Source of the DNA: Octopus vulgaris
Taxonomy: Eukaryota
Direction: 5' to 3'
NCBI GenBank assembly: GCA_951406725.2
Contig: OX597817.1
Span: 148,366,001-148,430,000, forward strand
Length of the DNA: 64,000 bases
The notes under the pieces: generated by a model
Told to the model about the DNA's origin: nothing
What the model saw: the letters and a program-made list of their open reading frames with translations, nothing else
Databases searched by the model: none
Shown here: positions 12,990-23,754 of the stretch, piece by piece
How the letters are laid out: the number at the start of each line of letters is the position of its first letter
How positions within the stretch are numbered: position 1 is the stretch's first letter
Program-made: the position numbers and the translations under genes

Positions 12990-12991
<2 letters not shown>
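12434..12991 (+). mobile_element. Probable 5' UTR of an RTE-clade LINE, GC-rich island flanked by (TA)n
   Basis: Motifs CTAGGAGAAGGAAAACTCTGA..AAACC, GCTGCCTTGCGG and AAAATCCGGAGTGGAGCCCC resemble RTE 5' UTRs recalled from other animals; sharp composition boundaries. Confidence 0.5.
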
Positions 12992-13028
<37 letters not shown>

Positions 13029-13819
13029 GAGAGGGAGAGAGAGAGTGTGTGTATGTGTCTGTGTGTGTGAGTGAGAGAAAGAGAGAGAGATTGATATAGA
13101 TATTTTGTCCAAAATAACTGGAAAGAGAATCAGAGAAATATGCATGAACAGCCTTTCAAATGAAGCAAAATATGAACGTCACGTAGTTAGCCCACACAAA
13201 CGCCTTATAAGAACTTGAACGCTCCAATGAAAGCTGTATTGCTGTCTAACAATATTCACATACTATGTAAGGTGACGTCAATGTATTCTATATGGATTTG
13301 GTGTTTGTCAAGAGAGCTTCGTCATGGTCATTTTATCTTATTAATAGTAATGAAGGTGAATGAAGAGAAAACATTTGTAACACGCCGATACCGTTATATC
13401 TGAATGTGGTTCCAATGTTGATAATGTGGTATTCATCTCTATTTATTCCAACAAAATAAATGTTCAAATGTATGCGTAACATTGGGATTTTGGCAACTGT
13501 TGTATACTCAGAACAATACTTACAGAGTCCCAATGCTTACTTATATCCCGGAAAAAATACTAGAGACACTGATTAGGAAGGATAACTAATGTGGCTACTT
13601 GGCAGAGTAATTCATGTAAAAATATCTCATTTGAATTATCTTTTCGAAGCAAGCTTGAAAAATGAATTATACAAAATGACGAAGGATGTTCAAAAGTATA
13701 TTTAAGCAGGTCCTGCTTTGTCATATAATTTATATCGCACAGTGTGGTTTCCAGCTATGTATACAATGCTCATTTTACTGCGCAACGTACGTTTATTCAT
13801 TAAATGTACATAGGTACAA

Positions 13820-13968
13820 GAATGGCTGTGCAGTAAGGAGTTTGCTTCCCAACCACATCGTTCGGGTTTCAGTCCAACTGCATGACACCTTGGGCAAGTG
13901 TCTACTACTATAGCTTCAGGCTGACCTTGTAAGTGGATTTGGTAGACAGAAACTGAAGGAAGCCAGTC

Positions 13969-13972
<4 letters not shown>
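13820..13972 (+). mobile_element. SINE family A, 5' half
   Basis: ATGGCTGTGCAGTAAG...CACCTTGGGCAAGTGTCT...GGATTTGGTAGACAGAAACTGAAGGAAGCC. Confidence 0.85.
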
Positions 13973-14005
<33 letters not shown>

Positions 14006-14006
<1 letters not shown>

Positions 14007-14045
14007 CGAAAATCTTTCATCACACATCTGTGACCTCTTTAGCGA
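14006..14045 (-). ncRNA. Decayed hammerhead, same family as 19391-19435
   Basis: Minus strand: TCG CTAAAGA G GTCACA GATG TGTGAT GAAA GATT TT CGA; G5 is mutated. Confidence 0.5.
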
Positions 14046-14139
14046 CACACTCCATCTTCTTTTTCAAAAAAAATCTCATCAGGAATCTTGCAGCACAAAA
14101 TCATACTTATATATATTTATATATATATATATATATATA

Positions 14140-14150
14140 TTAATTATTAT

Positions 14151-14239
<89 letters not shown>

Positions 14240-14268
14240 CATCATCATCATCATCATCATCATCACCA

Positions 14269-14308
<40 letters not shown>

Positions 14309-14315
14309 TATTATT
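14140..14315. repeat. (ATT)n(ATC)n microsatellite
   Basis: Direct reading. Confidence 0.95.
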
Positions 14316-15302
14316 TTATTTACATAGGGATCTCGGTCTTTCTTGCTCTGGTCGATTCCGTAAGTGCGGACAACAACCTGTTTTCAAGGGTCTCACAACG
14401 TCTCTTTCCTGAAGATTATAAGACTTGTATATTAACTATGGTGGAAGATAACCAACACATCTTAAAATCCTAGCTGTCTCCAATAGACAATATTATTCTT
14501 CGGCAGGAGTACAGATACACTCATACGCCGGGTATTCAGTGCATTTGTTAAGCGATAGCGATTTTATTGGTGGTTGTAATGGTGCTGTTCATGATAGTGG
14601 TTGTTGCAGTCGTAGTTGTGAAGATGGTGTTTGGGATGAGAGCCGCTGTGGCTAAAATTACGGCAATGGTACTGGAGACCAGAGAAGAAAACAACCGCAT
14701 CAGCAGCAGAAATATTAGTGATGGCGGTGATGAGAGTAGTAGGTGGTGGTGGTGGTGGTGGTGGTAGTGGTGGTGGTGGTAGTGGTTGAGTGGGGTGTAG
14801 TCAACATTCAGATGAAAAGACTAGACATAAATCATCCAACAACGGTATTAGAATCAATGTTTGCTGCCACACCAAAGATACAGATATTCCTCTGATATTA
14901 CTGGACAAACAACTTTAACGTCTAAACGGCTTCCTTCCGATTAAACCGAAATATTCTTTAGAATTTTTCGTTCCAGCGAAATTATCGGTATATTGTGTAA
15001 CTTTATTTCATAACCTCACAATTCCCTCAAATTTTAAAGAAAATTTTCGTCTTTAGAATGCAAAAACAAAGCAAGTAAACAGCTAAACCTATTTGGTATA
15101 AGCAAATTAAACCCTCTTTTGTATAAGTCTATATCCTTTGGGTACTGGTGGGAAGTCAGGGCGATTGTCGTGCTGGTGGTGAATTTTGAGACAGAAATAC
15201 TTACCTATTCTCCAGATTCTGAAGTCTGAGAAATCTTATTGTCTTTTAAGCGTTATCTTTTTTTTTCTCGCGTTGGAAATGGTAGCGAAAATTAGGCAAA
15301 AT

Positions 15303-15617
15303 AGGCTCAGGAGTGGGTGTGTGGTAAGTAGATTGCATAGAGAAGCAAAAGATCGGCGGGCATTTTTTGTCTTCTCCCATTAATATCATCCTTATCATCA
15401 TTCACCTCATCAATGTCTTTGTCCAAACCGCAAGCAACTTTGTATCGTGCCTTTACGGCAAAATTTTTGAAATAAAGTAAGTTGTTTACCAACCATATGG
15501 TTCCGGATTCAGTCCCACTGCGTGGCACTTTGGGCAGGTGTCTTCTACTATAGCCCCGGGCCGACCAAAGCCTTGTGAGTGAATACAGTAGAGGGAAACT
15601 GAAAGAAGCCTGTCGTA

Positions 15618-15658
<41 letters not shown>

Positions 15659-15895
15659 GTGTGTGTGTGTGTGTGCTTGTGTGTCTGTGTTTGTTCCCCC
15701 AACATCACTTGACAGCCGATGTTGGCGTGTTTACGTCGCCGTAATTAGCGGCTCGGCAAAAAAGACCGACAGAATAAGTACTAGGCTTACAAAGAATAAA
15801 TCTTGGAGTCGATTTCCTCGACTAAAGGCGGAGCTCCAGCACGGCGGCAGTCAAATGACTGAAACACGTGAAAGAGTAAAAGAGTAAAGAGTAAA
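15303..15895 (+). mobile_element. Full SINE family A with a ~138-nt insert in its head
   Basis: Head AGGCTCAGGAGTGGGTGTGTGGTAAG, resumes at 15475, complete body and (AAAAGAGT)n tail. Confidence 0.85.
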
Positions 15896-16717
15896 ATTTG
15901 TGAGAACGGGAGGGGGGCATGGAAGAGGAAATAATACACAAATACGTGCGCACATATGCGCGTGTTTATGTATATGCAAAAATGATATGTATATATATAT
16001 ATATATATATATATGTAACGTGTGGAAAAATTATAAACAGAGCAAATTTTATCCATTTCTCTGCAGACTGAAAAAGGTATGATGAACAACCTTAAACGAT
16101 TTTTGGACCGTATTGTTTTCTTATCAGTCATCCATGTCAGTCTACGTAGAACCAAGCAACCAAACTGTTTATATACTCTATGAAGGAGTCCCTAATTTGC
16201 ATACCGAAAGTGCTTAACACACTATAAATACGAGCGGCCTGTCAGCGGGGTTCTCAGTCCACTCAGTATCAAGGTATGATATAATATATATACATGTATA
16301 CACACAGTCATACACACACACATATGTATATATATTTATATTGTATTGCTACTTAAGATGCTGTGGTAGCGATGAGGAGGACGCAGTGTTAATTTCCAGG
16401 TTGGCTGTTGCGTCGTACTCTCGAGCAAAACACTTCGCACGTTGCTCTCCATCGCTTCAACATCAGGCGTATGGTACATACTGCACCTATTCCTGCAACC
16501 CCGACTGGACGGAAAGAGTGACCTATTGCATACCACATATATCAGATCACTATATACAAATAATTTAGTACTGATCGTTCAGCAGAAACTGAACACTGAT
16601 AGGTCGTCTTCGACGGGAGAGACCATCGTATGTATATAATACATCAGTCTTGATGTCCGGCTTTATTATAACTTCCAACTCCCTCACGTCACGTCCGAAA
16701 ATACATGTGCACGCTCG

Positions 16718-16771
<54 letters not shown>

Positions 16772-17062
16772 TGTGTGTGTATGTGTGTGTATGTATATCT
16801 GTGCATTCCTTTGTCTTTCCCAACGTGACCATTTTCCTTACATATACAAACACTGCCGAGTATCTCAAAATCTAGGAATATGTTTTAACAGAGTGGTTTT
16901 TTTTTTTAGTTATTCCCCGAATCTCCTTAAATTTCTTAATCAAGAAGTTGTTTGCAAAAGTTTAGTTGAATAAAGACTTAACTTTACATTTGACCTTAAT
17001 AAATGAAACGTAATTGCAGAAAATTTACATATCATGCAAACGAAGATTTCGATTTTCTTGAA

Positions 17063-17580
17063 GAAATCTTGGAGCTTGAGGTAGTTTAGCGATGTTACAC
17101 CCGGAATACTGTATCAATGAAACAGCTAAGCAACTGGGAGAGACTAAAAGGGCTACGAACCAACTCCCTGTAAAGAAGACGGTAAAGCTATGCCGTGATA
17201 TATGTATGGAAGATCCTAGAGGGATTGCTACCACATTTTGGAATGGAGAGCTATACCAGACCCCGAACTGTACGTCACTATACTGTTCCAAAGGTCTAGA
17301 GTGAAGACCAGGTTCCGTAACAGCTTGAATTTCAAGGGTCCACAGCTATTTAACGCCTTACCAAAATATCTGAGAGTAATCATCATGGAATAGGGCCTGG
17401 TGTTTTCAAGAAAAAACTTGATCTACTGCTATTCAAGGCAGGAGACTCAAAAGAGTGCAGAAGTGTCAAACGCCCTCTTTCACCAGAAGCCAATCACGCA
17501 GGACTAGCTGTTAAATTGGTAATAACACTGGAGGTGCCCCAGCATGGCCACATCCTTAGGGATGAAACATGTAAAAGAAT
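17063..17580 (+). mobile_element. CR1-clade LINE 3' end, decayed
   Basis: Translation SMKQLSNWERLKGLRTNSL*RRR*SYAVIYVWKILEGLLPHFG...FKGPQLFNALPK matches the CR1 ORF2 C-terminus; 3' tail GGTGCCCCAGCATGGCC...GAAACATGTAAAAG. Confidence 0.8.
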
Positions 17581-17689
17581 ATAATGATAAGAGTTTTCCC
17601 TAACTCTGAAACACCAAAATGGTAAGTTTTTTAATGATTATGCAGTATTCCATACCTTAGATGTTTTAACCGAGTAAGTTCTTGGATAA

Positions 17690-18300
17690 AGGGATGGCAT
17701 AGCATTTTGAAATAACTGTGGCCGTTAACGATCTGATCTTTTAGTTAAAATGACCCAGTGATGCGATGTTTTCCTGATTCACCTGAGAAGAATTACCTTC
17801 TTGATCCTCTACTTCCCAAGGCTTTTGAATATTCAATATGTCTTAGTTATTCTTGTTGAAATTACCAGTAATGTGAAATGCTCCTTTCTCTGAAAAATAT
17901 CAAATGAGAAAAAAAAAATAGTGTCTTCGTCAAGTTTTCGTAAAATTGATGACAAAACGTTAATCGTGCATGATAATCCACTTGAAGCAGCATTTGATGC
18001 ACTTGATTTTTATAAGCTTTCATGTGAAGTTTCGATCGGAGAATTTTACGCACCGTTAATTCTGAAAGACTCAACTCCAAGGATCCAAGGAAGCCCGTTA
18101 TTTTGATTTACGTGAACTTTCGAAAAAAGGGATCTTTGTACGGATGCTACAATTTTTCTCCGTTAATGATTCACGGTACCAGATTCTTTGAACTCCTTCA
18201 TCTAGTTAGTTAGTGAATTCCTGAAAAAGTACATCAATATTGCAACGGATTCTAATTCTTCTTTTACCAACACTGGCAGATTTTAACTCAGCTGTCCAAA
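17690..18300 (-). mobile_element. Tc1/mariner transposase fossil, probably rosa-like
   Basis: ORF 17862-18080 ELTVRKILRSKLHMKAYKNQVHQML..DYHARLTFC, then a frameshifted FSDEAHF-like segment and VNGHSYFKML. Confidence 0.65.
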
Positions 18301-18594
18301 GAAAATAGTTTCATCTTTCATCATCCAATTTAAATTTTTTTTTAAATTATTAACTGCTGAGAATTCAGTAAATCATTAAAATGAATACGATAAAATGCTG
18401 GCAGGAGATTTGTGTTTTAAACAAATTAAATTCATTGTATACAGCACTTAAATCAAAGAAGCATAAGGATATTATGACCCTACAAAACCACCCATCGCCT
18501 ATATGTACATGATAATGTGTATGTGCATGTGATTGTATACAGGAATAAGGATCTTCTGTGCATTCACAGGCATATATACATACACATATGTATG

Positions 18595-18653
<59 letters not shown>

Positions 18654-18675
18654 AAAGTGTGTGTTTGTGTGTGTG

Positions 18676-18763
<88 letters not shown>

Positions 18764-18846
18764 ATAATAAATATTAGGGAATGAATCCAAAATTACAGGG
18801 AAAAATCAGATTTAGGGTTAAATCCAATTTTATAGTAAAATATTAT

Positions 18847-19099
18847 ATAATATAATTCGAGACAAAACCACTATTTTAAAACCAAACAAGGAAAGACTTA
18901 ATCAATACATAAAATTTTAATATAAATTAAATAAACCGCCACTACAATTGTTTCATGTAGCCACTACAATTGTTTCATTGTCGGTAGCAGACATGAAACA
19001 ATTGTAGTGGCGGTTTATTTAATTTATATTAAAATTTTATGTATTGATTAAGTCTTTCCTTGTTTGATTTTAAAATAGTGGTTTTGTCTCGAATTATAT

Positions 19100-19102
<3 letters not shown>
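18847..19102. repeat. 112-bp near-perfect inverted repeat with hammerhead 3' halves (inverted pseudo-LTR)
   Basis: Arms 18847-18958 and 18991-19102 with 1 mismatch; contains GAAACAATTGTAGTGG. Confidence 0.9.
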
Positions 19103-19134
<32 letters not shown>

Positions 19135-19390
19135 AGAATTCACAAAAAAGCAAAAGACAAAGACAACAAACAAATGTATTAGTTTAAGGCTTGTTCCTTC
19201 CATAGAAAGGAACATAGAAAAAACAAGGAGATGACGTAGACAATGTGTAGTGTCTAGCGATCTATCATGGAGAATATATATTGGTGTATTTGGGGATGGT
19301 CATGTTGCCAGTTCAGACAATAAAATCACTCGCACTATATAGTAGTTGGTGTTCACTTGCTTCAGCTGTATTTTATATTAAATGTATTTC

Positions 19391-19435
19391 GGCCAGAGTT
19401 CTTTCGTCACACTTCTGTGACCTCATCAGTGGTCC
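19391..19435 (-). ncRNA. Minimal type I hammerhead motif with an extra G after A9
   Basis: Minus strand: GGACCA CTGATGA G GTCACA GAAG TGTGAC GAAA GAAC TC TGGCC; lies within a pseudo-LTR-like piece at ~19270-19480. Confidence 0.7.
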
Positions 19436-19496
19436 TTAGCGTTCTTATTTCGTTTTTGTGTGTCTCTCCTTACTAATGATCTAGATTAAACACTAT

Positions 19497-19725
19497 TTTT
19501 TTTACTTGTTTCAGTCATTTGACTGCGGTCATGCTGAAGCATCGCTTTGATTTCATTTTTTAGTCCTCTAGTACTTATTTTTAAACCGTGGTACTTATTC
19601 TATCAGTCCCTTTGGCCGAACTGCTAAGTTACGGGGCGTAAACACATGAACATCGGTTGCCAAGCGGTGATAGGGAGAGAAAGACATACACACACACATA
19701 TTTATTTAATTTATTTGATTTTATT

Positions 19726-19756
<31 letters not shown>

Positions 19757-19917
19757 ACAGGCTTCTTTCAGTTTTCGTCTACCAAATCCACTCACAAGTC
19801 ATTGGTCGGTCCGAGGCTATAGTAAAAGACACTAGCCGAAGGTGGCACGCAGTAGGACTGAACCCAGAACTATGTGGTTGTGAAGAATGCTTCTTACCAC
19901 AGAGCTATGCTTGTGCC
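19497..19917 (-). mobile_element. Full SINE family A
   Basis: Reverse complement of head, body, central microsatellite and CAGTCAAATGACTGAAAC tail. Confidence 0.9.
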
Positions 19918-20148
19918 ACGCCTGAGTTGAAAATTTTCTATGAATTTTGAAGAGGTTTAAAATCTAAAACATTTATATCACATCATCTGATAGAAGTATA
20001 CTTCGATAGAGATAAGGAATAAAATCGAAACAAGTATGTTTCATTCTCCTGTCGTACATCATCTAAAATGCTTACAATCAGGTATGAAAGTAGTAAGGAC
20101 GCTGTTAAGTGGTTAATCATAGGTAGTATCTTGTAAGTTTGTGTATGC

Positions 20149-20309
20149 AGGCGCAAGATTGGGTGTGTGGTAAGTTGCTTGCTAACTGACCACATGTTTC
20201 GGAGTTCAGTCCCACTACGTGGCAACTTGGGCAAGTGTTTTCTACTATAGCCTCGGGTGGACCAAAGCCTTGTGATTGGATTTGGTAGACGGAAATTGAA
20301 AAAAGCCTG

Positions 20310-20351
<42 letters not shown>

Positions 20352-20600
20352 GACGGGTTTCTTTCAGTTTATAGGTGTGTGTGTGTGTTGTGTGTGTGTG
20401 TGTGTGTGTGTGTGTCCACCTTTGACCCCTCCGCCATCACTTGACAACCGATGTTCGTATTTGTTCGGTAAAAGAGACCGATAGAATAAATACTACGCCT
20501 GCAAAGAATAAGTCATGGGCTCGATTTGTTCGACTAAAGGCGGTGCTCCAGCCTGGCCGCAGACAACTGACTGAAACACGTAAAAGAGTGAAAGAATACA
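20149..20600 (+). mobile_element. Full SINE family A
   Basis: AGGCGCAAGATTGGGTGTGTGGTAAG, B-box-like AGTTCAGTCCC, tail GGTGCTCCAGCCTGGCCGCAG. Confidence 0.9.
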
Positions 20601-21346
20601 GAAAGTTTCTTCAATAAAAAAAAGGTGGTGGTAGTAGCTTGGTTTTGACCGCTATAAATTCAAAGATCACAAGGTTCAGCCACAGAATTTCTCTCTTGCT
20701 GTGTGGGTGAGACAGATTGCTAAAAAAAAAACTATTCATACTTGTTTGAAAATTTAATTCTAGTGAAAGGAATCGCTATAGGTATAATATATTGATTAGA
20801 CTGTTGTGTGGTATATGTCTGGAGAGTGAACGTGGCGAATATAAACTAAAGCCAAAAGAGATAATGCTCTCTCGTTTTAGGATGGTACAATGTATGTTGG
20901 AATGGGGGAATGATTTGTAGACAAGATATTTTTTATCGAATTTATTACGATTAACGGTTTATTTACGAGTGGAGTTGAGGTTGTTTGGGCAGGGCTGTTG
21001 ACTAATTGTTGTGTGAGAGGACAATCAGGGTGAGATAGTGCTATGATAGGTACATTAGTATGCATGAAAGTGTTGTTTATCTGAAGGAAAAGCAAAATAT
21101 ATTAGTTGAGATTTGTTGTGGAAAACAATTACAGACTTATGAGAGTATATACGTGAATACACACGCACTATGGGATATATACACACAGTTCTACATACAG
21201 AAGAAAGAGAAAGAAAGAAAAAAGCAGAAAAGCATGCGTATGCATATAAAACAAATTGATATATACATACATATAAATACATGTGTATATATGCGTTTGT
21301 GTGTGTATGTCTGTTCGCGTTTTAGTGTATATATAAATATATAAAT

Positions 21347-21389
<43 letters not shown>

Positions 21390-21534
21390 CACGTACATAT
21401 GCATATGTACGTACACATATATGTATACTACTCACATACATACACCAAACATACATACACCAAACATACACCAAGGCCCCCGCGCATAAACGCTTACACA
21501 CGTACAAGCAAACATTCATGCATACACACACACA

Positions 21535-21627
<93 letters not shown>

Positions 21628-22389
21628 GTATATCCCACGTAATTATATATGAAATTCTTCGAAACTTGGGAATATAACATTTGACTCCTACTTAATTAAT
21701 TATGATTACCTTACCTTTATCAAACAAATGTATTATTATCGATTATTCAACCACGAACATAGTGCAATGTTTACTGACGTGACTATTAATGCGTTCACGA
21801 TATAAGAGCGCCCCCTTAAGGAATAAACTAACAATCCTATATATCACGTCACACAACTCACTACAACAAATTCTAGAAATTACACAGGCAAATTAAAATA
21901 TTAAAAATACATTGGAAAAAAAAAAAAGCGAAAAAGAAATATATCATTTATATGAACATTTTATATCATTTTTCCGAAAAAAATATAAAAATATGAAATA
22001 TCATTTTTGGAAATGTTTAAAGGTAGAAAGTATTCGCCAGTGAAAATTTAAATTCTGCTTTGACACATTCCTCTCCTGCATTTTTATGTAAAATCTGTAA
22101 GGTGAAAATAGAGAAGCTATAAGGGAAAAAATGTTATGTGTAGTGGTGTAGTGTGTAAATAATTGCTATGAAGCATCGTTGAACTCTGTCCTTCATAGAC
22201 ACGAAATCCGAATGCACTTCAACAAAATATAACATCTATCACACTTCAACGAGTTGTGAACAAGTTTTTACGCGCATCTCTCGTAATAGAAAAAATGGAG
22301 AGGTAGATTATAACGACTTTGAAAAATGTCGGTATATCACGACAATTGTGGTACACCTCGAGCGGTTCTCAACGGGAGATAAAGGATAA

Positions 22390-22417
22390 GAGAGAAAGAA
22401 AGGAAGAAAGGAAGGAA

Positions 22418-22479
<62 letters not shown>

Positions 22480-22496
22480 AGGAAGGAAGGAAGGAA
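22390..22496. repeat. (GAAA)n/(GGAA)n purine tract
   Basis: Direct reading. Confidence 0.95.
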
Positions 22497-23176
22497 AATA
22501 TACGCTGAACTGGCAATAAAAATAGTCGCTTTTTGAAATGACATCGAGCGTAATTTTATAAATCTAGGTGAGGGTGGTATATGTTCTCTGATTATGTATT
22601 TAATATAGCCGAATGTTCTATATACTCTCTATATATATTCACAAACGGGTGGTTCGCACACTCTCGCACTCCTAACCACTTTCTCGCTTCATTGATAACC
22701 TCCCTCCACCCACACCCATACCCCAACCCTAACCACATACCTCCATCCCCACCTACGTCGCCAACCCACATTCGTACCCTATACACCTACCCCCATTCCC
22801 ACACGTCCAGACCGTCACACCCCAAGCCACCGCATCAATCCACACCCACACCAATCCACACGCACACTAGCACTGACCACTTCCCAGCACCCACACCACA
22901 CATCATCACCAGCACATCCACAAACCATCATCCGCACACACGTCAAAGTCACTAGCCCTTATCCAAACACACACATGCATCTACAGATTCACACATACAT
23001 ACACACGCACATACACACACGCACGCGTACCTTAGTTTTGGGATCACTAATACTTTATTTTCTCCCCTCCTTTCTACCTCACCCGTCAAACGTTTTTGTC
23101 CCCAACCAGTCACCATAATTGATCGCTAAATCCACAACTTTTTTTATATTCTCTCTTTGTTTACTTTCTTTTATTC

Positions 23177-23212
23177 CTTTCTGTTGAAGAGCATCGGTTC
23201 GAAACGTCAAAG
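23177..23212 (+). ncRNA. Minimal hammerhead variant in a Penelope-type pseudo-LTR (~23050-23260)
   Basis: CTTT CTGTTGA A GAGC ATCG GTTC GAAA CG TC AAAG; stems I and II pair, A6 is U, extra A after A9. Confidence 0.55.
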
Positions 23213-23395
23213 ATGTTCTCATTTACCCCAGCGTCAAACTAATACACCTGCTTGTTGGACTCAGAATATTACATATTCTTATTTGTACTTCGGTTTATGT
23301 AATCGTCTAATCCAAGTCACCTGAAAATTCCAGTCGTTGTACTTTCCCTGTCATTCTCTCTCCCTCCTACGCACAACTAATCAGCAGTATCAGCA

Positions 23396-23754
23396 GTGGA
23401 GGCACAATGACCCAATGGTTAGGGCAGCGGACTCCCGGTCGGAGGATCGCGGTCTCGATTACCAGACCGGGCGCCGTGTGTGTTTATTGAACGAAAACAC
23501 CTAAAGCTCTACGAGGCTCCGGCGATGGGTGGTGGCGACCCCTGTTGTACTCTTTCGCTCCAACTTTCTCACACTTTTTCTTCCTGTTTATTGTTCCCGA
23601 CTTCTTACGCAACCGCTGAGCCTGGATGTGCATTCATCCATCCGTCGATGCTCTCGGTGTCGGGGGTTGACCTGCTTTCTCTTCTGCAGGTCTTACGAAT
23701 AGCAAAGGGCCACGTTTCGGACTTCTGGACGAAGACCGTTCAACAAACAAACAA
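23396..23754 (+). mobile_element. tRNA-derived SINE family D, tail type 1
   Basis: tRNA-like head GGAGGCACAATGACCCAATGGTTAGG, (AAAC)n tail, 13-bp TSD AGCAGTATCAGCA at 23383-23395 and 23755-23767. Confidence 0.9.
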
